Shown here piece by piece: positions 1 through 9,735 of a stretch of 64,000 nt of DNA; the first letter of the stretch is position 1; the number at the start of each line of letters is the position of its first letter. Source of the stretch: Candidatus Ozemobacteraceae bacterium (GTDB lineage: Bacteria > Muiribacteriota > Ozemobacteria > Ozemobacterales > Ozemobacteraceae); assembly GCA_965140445.1 (NCBI GenBank), contig OZ223236.1, forward strand, positions 832,001-896,000. Reading direction: 5' to 3'. Position numbers and translations under genes: made by a program. Below the pieces are notes generated by a model. The model was not told where the DNA came from, did not search any database, and was given only the letters and a program-made list of their open reading frames with translations.

Positions 1-79
1 TTTTTAAGGAAATTTTATTAAAATGCATTTTTTTATATGTGATTCTTCTTTCACTGGTTATTTCGTTTAAGGGAGAAAA

Positions 80-1651
80 ATGAAAAGGTCTAAGTTTCTC
101 TATCTTACCACCTTTGTTTGTGGTGGTTCAATTATGGCGGTTGAGCTTACTGCGTCAAGGTTTCTGGCGCCTTATTATGGATCTTCAATGATTGTCTGGA
201 CCGTATTGATCGGAATAATCTTAGCGGCTATGAGTGTTGGAAATTTTCTTGGGGGCGTCCTTTCTGATAAAGAGGGGGCAGCAGACAGGCTTTATAGGAT
301 TATTCTTTTTTCTGGGCTTTGGGTCGCTCTAATACCTGTTTTGGGAAGATACGTCGTAGTTGGGAGCTTTCCCCTGATGATGGCGATTTTCCCGGAGAGT
401 TTAATTTTATCCGGAACCATATTTTCTTGTTTAACAATATTTGCTGTCCCATGTATTTTGCTCGGAACTGTTGCACCGGCGCTGGTAAAAATTGGTACTA
501 AGGATCTTGTTAATAATGGGCGTACTGCGGGGGAAATTTTTGCTGTTTCAACTTTTGGTAGTATCATCGGCACTATTTTGCCTACATTTTTATTCATTCC
601 ATATATAGGAACTACAAAGACATTTTTTTTGCTGGCTTTCGCTTTGGTTTTGATTTCCGTGATTTATCACTGGCGCAATGGAAGCAGAAACAAAAAGGCA
701 ATAGGGTTAGCTGTCTTATTGTTGATTGGGATACTTGCTCCGGTAAAACTTAGCTACGCCTTTTGGCAGAATAACGTGGAAGAATTTGAATCTGTTTACA
801 ATTATATAAAAGTAAAAAAAACAAAAGATGGCTTACAATTGGGAACTCATGTTGAGGTAGGAGATCAGTCAATTTATAAAAAGAACTCCATTTTGACCGG
901 AAGCTACTGGGACTATGCTTTGCTTGCGCCTTATTTAAGTCCTGATCCAAAGATTAAAAGGGTTTTAGTTCTTGGCTTTGCAGCGGGAACATTTGCTCGT
1001 CAATGCCGTTTTTTTTGGCCAGAATGTAAAATTGAAGGTGTTGAAATTGATAAAAAAATATATGAAATTGGAAAGCAGGCTTTTGAAACAGATAAAAGTG
1101 GTGCTCTAGTCTACATAGACGATGCAAGAACGCATTTTGAGAGATTTGAAAGGGGAAAATACGATTTAATTCTTTTGGATGCTTTTAAAGACGTTTCTAT
1201 TCCTTTTCATTTAACGACCTTGGAGTTTTTTAAAACCTTGTCACATCATTTAACTGAAGATGGGACTTTGGTAATAAATTTCAATATGCCTTCAGACGAT
1301 CGGGATGGTTTGTTGAAAGGCCTGACAAACACAATAGGAAAGACTTTTCCCAGAGTCTGGACTCTTTCATTGCCAAATGATTTAAATTCCCTGATATTTG
1401 CAGGTTCTGAAAGACATGATCCCCAAAACCTAATGAATTTAGAGAGCAATCTTCTTAGAGCAACTGAGTTAAAGATAGTTAGAGATAAGGTCATAGATCA
1501 ATTTGCTGAAGAAAAGCCAGGAAAAGTATTTTTTACGGATGACATGGCACCAGTTGAGTATTTATCGCAAAAAGCCACTGACAACTTTGTAAAGGAAGGT
1601 TTGAACAGGCTGTTTGTGGAGATAATTTTGCCATTCAGGGTTTTGTTTTAA
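80..1651 (+). CDS. Fused MFS-like membrane domain / spermidine synthase-like SAM-binding protein
   Basis: About 7 N-terminal TM helices (MAVELTASRFLAPYYGSS); C-terminal class I methyltransferase fold motifs LVLGFAAG, VEID, DDAR, LLDAF; ends TDDMAPVE; RBS GGGAG. Confidence 0.85.
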   Translation: MKRSKFLYLTTFVCGGSIMAVELTASRFLAPYYGSSMIVWTVLIGIILAAMSVGNFLGGVLSDKEGAADRLYRIILFSGLWVALIPVLGRYVVVGSFPLMMAIFPESLILSGTIFSCLTIFAVPCILLGTVAPALVKIGTKDLVNNGRTAGEIFAVSTFGSIIGTILPTFLFIPYIGTTKTFFLLAFALVLISVIYHWRNGSRNKKAIGLAVLLLIGILAPVKLSYAFWQNNVEEFESVYNYIKVKKTKDGLQLGTHVEVGDQSIYKKNSILTGSYWDYALLAPYLSPDPKIKRVLVLGFAAGTFARQCRFFWPECKIEGVEIDKKIYEIGKQAFETDKSGALVYIDDARTHFERFERGKYDLILLDAFKDVSIPFHLTTLEFFKTLSHHLTEDGTLVINFNMPSDDRDGLLKGLTNTIGKTFPRVWTLSLPNDLNSLIFAGSERHDPQNLMNLESNLLRATELKIVRDKVIDQFAEEKPGKVFFTDDMAPVEYLSQKATDNFVKEGLNRLFVEIILPFRVLF

Positions 1652-1653
1652 CT

Positions 1654-2601
1654 TTATTTACCTGCAAAACGCATTTTGAAGTCTCTCGGTGAAAGTCCGG
1701 TCACCCTTGTGAAAATCTTTCTGAATGAGCTGATATCTTCGTATCCAACTAAATGTGCAATTGTGGAAAAATTCTCCGGGGTTGATTCAATTAGCTCGCA
1801 AGCCTTTTGTATTCTAGTTTTTTGAATATATTCGGTAGGCTTTAATCCTGTCGCTTTTACAAATTTTCTTAAAAATGTTCGCTCACCTAAGCAGCTTAAA
1901 TTGCTTAATTCGCAGACTGAAATCTGACTGTTGTATTTTTTTTGAATATAATGCTGGGCTGATAGAATCGCTTTATCCTTGTGATTTAAAGCAGGTGAAA
2001 ATACTTTATAGTATCTTTGCTCTCTATGTCCGGAATCAATAACCATATGTCTTGCCAGCTGTCTCATTAAAGAAATATTTGTAAATTGTGTTACCAGCTC
2101 CAGTGCGAGGTCTACCCAAGCCATCAACCCCCCTGAGGTAATTATGTCCCCATCATTGATGAGAATTTCATCTATATCTAATATAACCTCTTGAAACTTG
2201 TGGGAAAAATCTGATGCTAGTCCCCAATGAGTTGTAACTTTGCGCCCATTTAGCAGCCCCGTTTTTGCCAGTATAAAAACGCCTGCGCATACCGAGCAAA
2301 TTATTGAGCCGCTAGAATGACTCAATCGAAGCCATTTTAAAAGTTCTTTATCGGGGTTCTGGCAAAATTTGGACCCAATACCTGGTGGGATTATAACGGC
2401 ATTACAGCAATCTGAATGTAAGTTAGAAATTATTTTCTTAATTTGTTGGGGCTCAATTATTGAAATTGAAAAGCTATGATCAATGGAGTTTTGAATACAT
2501 AGGTCGTTGGCAAGCATAAATATTTCTTCAAATCCGTAAATAGCGGACTTAAGGGCTCCTGGATAACTAAGGATGATTATTGAAGTAATATTTTTGGTCA
2601 T
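1654..2601 (-). CDS. GlxA/FtrA-family transcriptional regulator (DJ-1/PfpI + AraC HTH)
   Basis: SVCAGVFILAKTGLLNGRKVTTHW (DJ-1 domain); C-terminal AraC HTH (ERTFLRKF...VGYEDISSFRKIF). Confidence 0.92.
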   Translation of the reverse strand: MTKNITSIIILSYPGALKSAIYGFEEIFMLANDLCIQNSIDHSFSISIIEPQQIKKIISNLHSDCCNAVIIPPGIGSKFCQNPDKELLKWLRLSHSSGSIICSVCAGVFILAKTGLLNGRKVTTHWGLASDFSHKFQEVILDIDEILINDGDIITSGGLMAWVDLALELVTQFTNISLMRQLARHMVIDSGHREQRYYKVFSPALNHKDKAILSAQHYIQKKYNSQISVCELSNLSCLGERTFLRKFVKATGLKPTEYIQKTRIQKACELIESTPENFSTIAHLVGYEDISSFRKIFTRVTGLSPRDFKMRFAGK

Positions 2602-2707
2602 TTGTCAGTTTTAACTCCAAAATAGTCAATTACGACTCTAGGCTACCATTATTTTGCCTGACATAATATAAGCATCTCAAAGTATTAATGAAAGGTGGAA
2701 TCTGAAC

Positions 2708-3559
2708 GTGCTAATAAGAATATTACTTGGAAGTGCCCTTTTGGGAGTAATCGCCTTGTCGGGGGGGAGTGTTTTGGCAAGTGAGAAAAAGTTGCCAGAT
2801 GGGAAAAACAAGGTTCAGCTCATTAGAAATGCAACGATGAAAATTACTTATGCCGGAAAAGTATTTCTTACTGATCCGATGCTCTCGGATAAAGGCGAAA
2901 TAAGATCTTTTGCGGGTATTGCCAGTAATCCAACCGTTGAATTACCGCTTCCCTTATCAGAGATACTAACCGGGGTTGATGCAATTATTGTTTCACATAC
3001 TCACCCGGATCATTTTCATAGAGCTTCAGAACAAAAGTTATTGAATAAAAAACCATTATTTTGTCAAAAAGAAGACGAAGTTGAAATCTGTAAGAGTGGA
3101 TTTAAGAAAGTAATTCCTGTTTCAGAAAGCGTTGAATGGGAAGGGATAACTATTTTTAGGGTTCCAGGAAAACACGGTGAAGGCGAAATTCTCTCCAAAA
3201 TGGGAAATGTTTCGGGCTTTATTTTCAAAGCCCCTGGTGAACCTACAATTTATTGGGCTGGAGACACTATTTGGTGCGAAGAGGTAAAGGAGAATCTTGC
3301 CCGTTTTAATCCTGATATTGTTATTACCCATTCCGGTGGAGCTACTATTCCGGGATTTAAACCCATTTTAATGGATGGAGAGCAAACAATAAAATTGATT
3401 AATTCATGCCCGAGCTCAATCATAATTGCAATTCATATGGAATCTTTAGACCATTGTGTTGTTAGTCGGGAGAGTTTGCGAGAACTTGCTTTAAAAAATG
3501 GAATCGTTGATTCACGTTTGTTAATTCCTGCTGATGGAGAAATAATAACATTTAAGTAA
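2708..3559 (+). CDS. MBL-fold metallo-hydrolase with probable signal peptide
   Basis: IRNAT, LTDPML, HxHxDH (HTHPDH), AGDT and IHME motifs; hydrophobic N-terminus ending VLA; divergent from the GlxA-type regulator. Confidence 0.85.
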   Translation: MLIRILLGSALLGVIALSGGSVLASEKKLPDGKNKVQLIRNATMKITYAGKVFLTDPMLSDKGEIRSFAGIASNPTVELPLPLSEILTGVDAIIVSHTHPDHFHRASEQKLLNKKPLFCQKEDEVEICKSGFKKVIPVSESVEWEGITIFRVPGKHGEGEILSKMGNVSGFIFKAPGEPTIYWAGDTIWCEEVKENLARFNPDIVITHSGGATIPGFKPILMDGEQTIKLINSCPSSIIIAIHMESLDHCVVSRESLRELALKNGIVDSRLLIPADGEIITFK

Positions 3560-3563
3560 AAAA

Positions 3564-3597
3564 AATCGGGGCTGCCTCATAAAAGGCAGCCCCGATT
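3564..3597. terminator. Intrinsic terminator hairpin between convergent genes
   Basis: AATCGGGGCTGCCT / AGGCAGCCCCGATT inverted repeat with an A-tract on the left. Confidence 0.85.
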
Positions 3598-3611
3598 AAT
3601 CTTAGGTAAGA

Positions 3612-6332
3612 TTATTTCTTTTTAGCAGTTTTTTTGGCTGCTTTCTTAGGAGCAGCAGCTTTTTTTGCAGGAGCTTTAGCGGCTACTTTCTTAGGGGCAG
3701 CAGCTTTTTTTGCAGGTGCTTTAGCAGCTACTTTCTTAGGAGCAGCAGCTTTTTTCGCAGGTGTTTTAGCAGCTACTTTCTTAGGAGCAGCAGCTTTTTT
3801 CGCAGGTGCTTTAGCGGCTACTTTCTTAGGTGCAGCAGCTTTTTTCGCAGGAGCTTTAGCAGCTACTTTCTTGGGGGCAGCAGCCTTTTTTGCAGGAGCT
3901 TTCTTTTCAGCTTCAAGTTCTTTCATCGCCATGAGAACCTTCTCAGCGGTGAAAGGAGGCTTGGTAAGTCTTACTCCAACAGCATTTTTAATAGCGTTTC
4001 CGATTGCTGGAAGCGCACCATTTATGCTGATTTCACTGACGCTTTTCGCGCCATAAGGACCAGTTTTTTCATATGTTGGAACCAGGAAGGTTTCCAATAC
4101 TGGCATATCCGCTGTGCTCCAAATTTTGTAGTTTCCAAAGTTTGGATTGAGCATGCGGCCTTTTTCGTCAAAGATATACTCTTCAGTGAGAGCAAAGCTT
4201 ATTCCGTTCATTGCCGCACCCATGGTTTGACCATCGGCAAGAGTTGGGTTGATTGCAGTTCCGCAGTCAACGCCAGCAACGTATTTGAGAAGCTTTACTT
4301 CGCCTGTTTCAGTGTCAACTTCAACCTCAGCAAAGTGAGCAGAGAAAGGAGGTGGTGAAGCATGGCTTATATGGCTTCCAATGGCACCAATCTGGAATTG
4401 TTTATGTTCGTAAAGAGCATGAACACAAACCTGTCCAAATGTGACTTTATTTTTCTTGCCTTTGCCGTAACAAACGCCGTCCTGAATAGTAATGTCTTCA
4501 ACCTTTTCGCCCATCATACTTGCAGCAACAGCTTCAATTTGTGCTCTTACTTTTTTGGCTGTAGTGATAACAGCTCCACCTGTAAGGTAGGTAGTCGAAC
4601 TTGCGTAAGCACCTACGTCAAAAGGAGTAAAGTCTGTGTCTGAGCTGTAAACCATGAAATCTTCAAGTTTACATCCAAGAGTTTCAGCTGCGATCTGAGC
4701 TAATACTGTGTCGGAACCAGTTCCAAGATCAGTAGCTCCGAGAAGCATGTTGAAAGATCCATCTTCATTCATTTTGATGAAAACGGCGCCCATATCGATT
4801 TCAGGAATGGAGCTTCCCTGCATGAGACAGCACATTCCGACTCCACGTCTTTTTGTGCCTTTGCCAGGTTTTCCATGTTTCTTTGCCCAATCGATTTTCT
4901 TCATGCCTTCAGTTACACATTTTGCAAGACCACATGAACCGATTGCCATATCAACGCCTTCACGCCCTTCGCCGAGAGCTTTGAAGATTGGTGAAGATTC
5001 GCCTTCTTTGATGTGGTTGAGCTGTCTGAATTTGATTTGATCCATTCCGATAGCGTCAGCCATTTCGTCCATCTGACATTCCATTGCAAAGGCAGCCTGA
5101 GTAGCACCGTATCCTCTGTAAGCTCCACCTACAGGAAGATTTGTGTAAACAGTGTCGCCGATGAATTCAATGTTTTCAGCTCTGTAAAGTGGAAGAACCT
5201 TTGAACCACAGTTACTGAGAACTGTGAGAGCGTGGCTTCCGTATGCTCCAGTGTTGCTGATAATTCTCATTGAGATCGCAGTAATGGTTCCGTCTTTTTT
5301 AACGCCACTTTTAATGGTTACAACCATTGGGTGTCTTGTTCTCGCAGCCATGAATTCTTCAGCTCTAGTGAGCTGCCAAAGGCATGGGCGTCTTGTTCTC
5401 ATAGTAACAAGAGCACAAACGTCTTCGAGAAGGACTTCCTGCTTGGTTCCGAAACCGCCACCAATTCTAGGTTTAATAACTCTTATCTTTTTTACAGGAA
5501 TTCCAAGTGTTTGAGCGGTAATTCTTCTTGCATGGAAAGGAACCTGAGTCGATGTTCTTAAAACGATTCTATCGTCTTCATCTAGGTAACCCATGCATGT
5601 GTGTGGTTCAATTGGAGTGTGCTGAGCATAATGAGGGTAGTATTTTCTTTCAAATACCATATCAGCATCTTTATAACCCTTATTTACGTCGCCAACTGCA
5701 GTTTCAACGTGTGAAGCGTGGTTTCTCTTGGCATCGAAGAAAATTGGAATTGGCACATAGCAATCTTTTTCGTCATGGATGATTGGAGCGCCTTTGTCCA
5801 TAGCTTTTTCAGGGTCGAATACGGGTTTCAAAACTTTGTATTCAACTTTTATCTGTCTGCAAGCTTCTTCAGCTGCTTCAACAGTTTCAGCTGCAACGAT
5901 TGCTACTCTATCGCCAACAAATCTAACTTTGCTGTCGAGAAGATATGTATCGTATGGAGATGGTTCTGGAAAGCCTTGTCCGGCAGTTGTTCTAGGAATC
6001 CTGGGGACATCTTTCCATGTATAAATTGCTACAACGCCTTCTACCTTTTCAGCGGCTTTTGTATCAATTTTTTTAATTTGTGCATGAGCGTGGGGACTGC
6101 CAAGAACTTTAATGTGAAGCATTCCTGGTTTGTCTATGTCTGCTACATAAGATTTCGCGCCGCAAACAAGTCCCATTGCATCGATTTTAGTAAGGCTTTT
6201 GTTAACTTGCTCAAATTTGGCAGGTTTTTCAAAAAATAATGGAGATTCAGGAATTACAGATACTGCAGGAGCTACTTTGGCAGCTTTCTTAGGAGCAGCA
6301 GCTTTTTTAGTTGTTTTCGTTGTTTTTGCCAT
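3612..6332 (-). CDS. xdhD: Xanthine dehydrogenase-family molybdopterin-binding subunit (XdhD/YgfN-like) with Lys/Ala-rich tails
   Basis: GGGFGTKQ, AYRGYG, TDLGTGSDT and GPYGAKSVSE motifs; AGQGFPEPSPYD resembles XdhD. Confidence 0.85.
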   Translation of the reverse strand: MAKTTKTTKKAAAPKKAAKVAPAVSVIPESPLFFEKPAKFEQVNKSLTKIDAMGLVCGAKSYVADIDKPGMLHIKVLGSPHAHAQIKKIDTKAAEKVEGVVAIYTWKDVPRIPRTTAGQGFPEPSPYDTYLLDSKVRFVGDRVAIVAAETVEAAEEACRQIKVEYKVLKPVFDPEKAMDKGAPIIHDEKDCYVPIPIFFDAKRNHASHVETAVGDVNKGYKDADMVFERKYYPHYAQHTPIEPHTCMGYLDEDDRIVLRTSTQVPFHARRITAQTLGIPVKKIRVIKPRIGGGFGTKQEVLLEDVCALVTMRTRRPCLWQLTRAEEFMAARTRHPMVVTIKSGVKKDGTITAISMRIISNTGAYGSHALTVLSNCGSKVLPLYRAENIEFIGDTVYTNLPVGGAYRGYGATQAAFAMECQMDEMADAIGMDQIKFRQLNHIKEGESSPIFKALGEGREGVDMAIGSCGLAKCVTEGMKKIDWAKKHGKPGKGTKRRGVGMCCLMQGSSIPEIDMGAVFIKMNEDGSFNMLLGATDLGTGSDTVLAQIAAETLGCKLEDFMVYSSDTDFTPFDVGAYASSTTYLTGGAVITTAKKVRAQIEAVAASMMGEKVEDITIQDGVCYGKGKKNKVTFGQVCVHALYEHKQFQIGAIGSHISHASPPPFSAHFAEVEVDTETGEVKLLKYVAGVDCGTAINPTLADGQTMGAAMNGISFALTEEYIFDEKGRMLNPNFGNYKIWSTADMPVLETFLVPTYEKTGPYGAKSVSEISINGALPAIGNAIKNAVGVRLTKPPFTAEKVLMAMKELEAEKKAPAKKAAAPKKVAAKAPAKKAAAPKKVAAKAPAKKAAAPKKVAAKTPAKKAAAPKKVAAKAPAKKAAAPKKVAAKAPAKKAAAPKKAAKKTAKKK
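3615..3905 (-). repeat. 45-bp tandem coding repeat (KKAAAPKKVAAKAPA x5 plus partial units), histone H1/Hc2-like
   Basis: Visible in both DNA and protein; units differ mainly at synonymous positions. Confidence 0.95.
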
Positions 6333-6820
6333 TATTTTTTACCTCGCACTGTCTTGGATTTTTTACCGGACTTTTTAGCTGCATCCAATACAGCAGAGAT
6401 TCTGTGGATATATCCGGTGCATCTGCAAAGGTTGCCGTCGAGAGCTTCTTTTACATCGGCTTCGGTTGGATTTGGGTTGCTGTCAAGTAGAGCTTTTGCA
6501 GCAATCAAAGAGCCAGGATTACAAAAACCGCATTGAGTAGATCCAGAATCCACAAATGCCTGTTGAAGCACGTGTGGTTTTTCTGGGGTTCCCATACCTT
6601 CAACGGTTAGAATTTCTGTGCCTTCGGCCTGACCAGCGAGCATGATGCATGAGTTTCTTGGCTTTCCATCTACCATTACCGCGCATGAGCCACAACTTCC
6701 TTCGCTACAACCGTTTTTTACACTTTTATAGCCAGCTTGTCTTAAAACATCAACAAGCATAGCGTTTGGTTTAACTTCAAGACTTAAATCTTTTCCATTG
6801 ATCTTAAGGTTTAATTTCAC
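6332..6820 (-). CDS. (2Fe-2S)-binding small subunit of Mo-hydroxylase (CoxS/XdhC-type)
   Basis: GCSEGSCGSC, QCGFC and NLCRCTGY motifs; start reassigned to GTG at 6820 after RBS AAGGAG. Confidence 0.92.
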   Translation of the reverse strand: MKLNLKINGKDLSLEVKPNAMLVDVLRQAGYKSVKNGCSEGSCGSCAVMVDGKPRNSCIMLAGQAEGTEILTVEGMGTPEKPHVLQQAFVDSGSTQCGFCNPGSLIAAKALLDSNPNPTEADVKEALDGNLCRCTGYIHRISAVLDAAKKSGKKSKTVRGKK

Positions 6821-6830
6821 TGCGATCTCC

Positions 6831-7694
6831 TTACTTTCCAGCTTTTTCGAGGGCTTCCTCGATACAGCGTCTGACCAGAACTTCAAGAACTTCTTTTCTG
6901 TATTCTTTAGTTGCTCTGAAATCATTTCTGATTTGTGCCATATCAGCAACTTTTTCAGCTGCTTTTGCAATCAGACTGGAAGAAGGTTTTTCGCCTTCGA
7001 GAATTTTTTCAGCTTCATTGAAGCGAACTGGGTTTGCAGTAACAGCGTTAAGTGCAATTCTTGCATCTTTTACTTTACCAGCAGCCTTTGTAATTCTAAC
7101 GGCAACGGTTATCAATGAATAATCGTTAGCTGTTTTAGCAAATTTTGTAAAAGCAGTTCCAGTGTTTTTGTCGAAAGTTGGAATCTGGATTTCGGCGATA
7201 ATTTCGTCGTTTGCCAGTATTTCTTTGGCTCTTTCTTTAATGATGGTTTCAACAGGGAGCGTTCTTTTTGGTTTTCCTTTTCTGCATACGACTTCAGCAT
7301 CGAGCACCATAAGTGCTGGTGGAAGGTCGGACCATGGGAATATTGCTGCCAGGTTTCCGCCAATTGTGATCGAGTTGCGCAAAAGTGTTGAACCAATTTT
7401 GCCTGCAGTCAATCTAAGTAATTCTCCGGCGGGACCGGATAATTTTTCACATTTAAAAATATCCTGAACTGGTGTCATAGCACCTATAGAAAAAGACTTG
7501 GAGCTGGTTTTAATGTAATTCAGCTCTTTGACTTTGGAAAGATCAACCAACGCTTCAATGCTGGTATCTTTGCGCAAAGCCTCACTGGTGCCTCCGGCTA
7601 CAACAGCTGTTTTTTCCTTCTTGCTGCCCAGTAGTTTGCATGCGTCTTCTATTGAATCTGGATAATAGAACTGGGTGAGCTTTTTGAGCATCAT
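6831..7694 (-). CDS. FAD-binding medium subunit of Mo-hydroxylase (CoxM/YgfM-like)
   Basis: AGGT, RNSITIGGN and D.RAT.EYR motifs; first gene of the operon; RBS AAGGAGG. Confidence 0.9.
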   Translation of the reverse strand: MMLKKLTQFYYPDSIEDACKLLGSKKEKTAVVAGGTSEALRKDTSIEALVDLSKVKELNYIKTSSKSFSIGAMTPVQDIFKCEKLSGPAGELLRLTAGKIGSTLLRNSITIGGNLAAIFPWSDLPPALMVLDAEVVCRKGKPKRTLPVETIIKERAKEILANDEIIAEIQIPTFDKNTGTAFTKFAKTANDYSLITVAVRITKAAGKVKDARIALNAVTANPVRFNEAEKILEGEKPSSSLIAKAAEKVADMAQIRNDFRATKEYRKEVLEVLVRRCIEEALEKAGK

Positions 7695-7753
7695 GCCCTC
7701 CTTTACCTTGTTAATAACGTATCTCTAGCTCAGTTCGAAAAGCTTAGCTATTG

Positions 7754-7783
7754 ATTATACTTTTCTGGCCATACTTTTGCCAA
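7754..7783 (-). promoter_or_regulatory. Putative sigma70 promoter of the Mo-hydroxylase operon
   Basis: TTGGCA-N18-TATAAT on the minus strand, overlapped by a direct repeat AAAAGTAT. Confidence 0.55.
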
Positions 7784-7931
7784 CTATAATGAGACAAAAA
7801 TTTTTACATTTTTTGTGGCTTGCCTGTTTTCGGCAACTTTATCAGTTCTTTTTAGCTATTTATGAGCCTTTTTTGACTTTGGTATTCAACTATAAGATAA
7901 TAAAGATGAATAAAACAATTGGGAGTCTATA

Positions 7932-9728
7932 ATGAAGAGATATACAGCCATAATTATTTTGTCTTTTTCTCTGATTTTTTTTATTAGCGGCAAAGCTTTT
8001 AGTGGCAATATTTTTGGCGAAATTTTAAAGGCATATAAAACCTATCAGGAAGTTAATATGGCCTTGTGGCTTACAGGGGATATTGGCGCTGAAAAGAGAT
8101 TTGGGAAAGAGCTTCAAATGTGGATGAAACTGACCACTAAATTTGAGAAGGACCCGAAAATAAACAATTACGTAAAAGGAATTTTTTATCGTCTTCTTCC
8201 CCAATACAAAACGCATGGACTGAAATATGACATTCATGTAATCAAGTCAAATCAACAAAACGCCTTTGTTATCCCCGGTGGACATGTTTATGTTTATACA
8301 GGCATGATCGATTTTGCAAAGAGTGACGATGAACTGGCTGCTGTAATAGCGCATGAATTAGGGCATGCCGAAAAAAGACATTCCTTGAGAAATTTTAGAG
8401 CTTCCACGGCTTTGGTGGCCTTGTTGAATCAAGCTGTTAAAAATCGTAAAGACAGAGAAACCTGGGGAGCATTATTAAGCAGTCTGGCTTTGATGAAGTT
8501 TTCACGCACCCAGGAAGATGAGGCTGACGATATTGGTCAGGTTAGAATGTATCGGGCAGGTTTTAATCCATCCTCGCAGATCACTTTATGGGAAAGTTTT
8601 CTTAAGAAGCACGGAGATCCCAAGGGGGTTGAGCAATATTTAAGTTCTCATCCGCCTTCCTCAAAAAGGGTTGAAAATGCAAAAAATAATCTGAAAAAAA
8701 TGAATTTAACGGAAAGTAAGTCATATTCAAACACCTTAAACATGTTGTCTGTTTCCCTTCAGAATTATCTGGCTAATCCAGGTTTTGAATCTGTGACAAA
8801 CGGTGTTCCTTCAAACTGGCAGTTCTCTGAAGGCATTTCCAAACTTGATACAACTGTTTCTTATACTGGTAAAAACTCTATTTGCATGTCTTCTGGAAAC
8901 CGCATGGGAAAATCTCGCGTTGTTTCTGATTTTATCCAGATAAACAGTACTTCAAAATTTGATTTTACTGGTTGGGTTAAGAGTGAAAATGGAAATCAAA
9001 GTGTTTCAATAGGGGTCGAGCTGTATGATTCATCAAGAAGGCTGAGAGATAGATCCCTATGTATTCTTAAAGGAAAAAAGCCTGCGAATGTTTGGACTGA
9101 AGTTTCTGGCACTATCGAAAATGGCAAAAACGGGCTAAGAATAGGCTCTAATATCAAGTATATGCGGTTGTTACTGCAAAGTGGATTGATGACTACGGGC
9201 AGTTGTTGGTTTGATGATCTGCGCTTAAAAGCTCTTGGGGCAGCTGATCCTGTGAATTTATTCAGCAACGGAGATTTTGAAGCGGCCTATAAAACAGGGG
9301 TTCCAAAAGGCCTTGTTGGCCCGGTAGACGCTATTTCGCGAGATTTTTCTGCAAAAAAAAGTGGATACGCATCTCTAAAAGTTTCAGGGACAGATCAGAA
9401 GGAAGTTGTTTTTGGTTTTGAACCTCTAAAGCTATCTAACTTCAAGAAGGATCAACTTTTGAAAGGCTCCTTCTACTTTTTCTCTAATAAACAGTTTCAC
9501 GGTCGTGTGGTCATTGAATATCTTGACTCAAAGATGGTTGCACTTTCTCGTCGTTTAGCTCAGGTTGAATTTGAAACACGGCCTGGCCAATGGCAGGGAA
9601 CTTCGTTCTCGGTCAAATTAGATAGAGAAAAAGATGAGGACAAATGGGCAGAGCATCTAGGTGTGAAATTTTATGTTACAATTCCTTCTGGAGAGGCAGT
9701 TTGGCTTGATAACTTCATAATGAGATAG
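7932..9728 (+). CDS. Secreted M48-family zinc metallopeptidase with two C-terminal carbohydrate-binding-like (CBM4/9-type) domains
   Basis: Signal peptide; NAFVIPGG, HELGH, FSRTQEDEAD and SSHP motifs; two domains running N..N.GFE/N.DFE to W.D. Confidence 0.85.
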   Translation: MKRYTAIIILSFSLIFFISGKAFSGNIFGEILKAYKTYQEVNMALWLTGDIGAEKRFGKELQMWMKLTTKFEKDPKINNYVKGIFYRLLPQYKTHGLKYDIHVIKSNQQNAFVIPGGHVYVYTGMIDFAKSDDELAAVIAHELGHAEKRHSLRNFRASTALVALLNQAVKNRKDRETWGALLSSLALMKFSRTQEDEADDIGQVRMYRAGFNPSSQITLWESFLKKHGDPKGVEQYLSSHPPSSKRVENAKNNLKKMNLTESKSYSNTLNMLSVSLQNYLANPGFESVTNGVPSNWQFSEGISKLDTTVSYTGKNSICMSSGNRMGKSRVVSDFIQINSTSKFDFTGWVKSENGNQSVSIGVELYDSSRRLRDRSLCILKGKKPANVWTEVSGTIENGKNGLRIGSNIKYMRLLLQSGLMTTGSCWFDDLRLKALGAADPVNLFSNGDFEAAYKTGVPKGLVGPVDAISRDFSAKKSGYASLKVSGTDQKEVVFGFEPLKLSNFKKDQLLKGSFYFFSNKQFHGRVVIEYLDSKMVALSRRLAQVEFETRPGQWQGTSFSVKLDREKDEDKWAEHLGVKFYVTIPSGEAVWLDNFIMR

Positions 9729-9735
9729 GCTTCTT

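Noticed and set aside
41..67. GATTC...CGTT upstream of the first gene as a fourth ECF-like site
   Set aside because: Both the -35 sequence and the spacing differ from the three exact copies.
3615..3905. 45-bp repeats as a possible CRISPR array
   Set aside because: Contiguous in-frame coding units with no unique spacers and no cas genes.
3634..4056. Plus-strand 140-aa repetitive hydrophobic ORF (AATFLGAAAFFAGAL)
   Set aside because: Antisense shadow of the Lys/Ala repeat; no RBS and no independent evidence.
6821..6970. N-terminal extension of the 2Fe-2S ORF in the track
   Set aside because: Overlaps the FAD-subunit gene; GTG 6820 has a strong RBS and gives the normal family length.
7695..7931. 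Possible purine or Moco riboswitch upstream of the Mo-hydroxylase operon
   Set aside because: The predicted leader is only about 50 nt and I could not see conserved aptamer motifs; an Rfam scan would be decisive.
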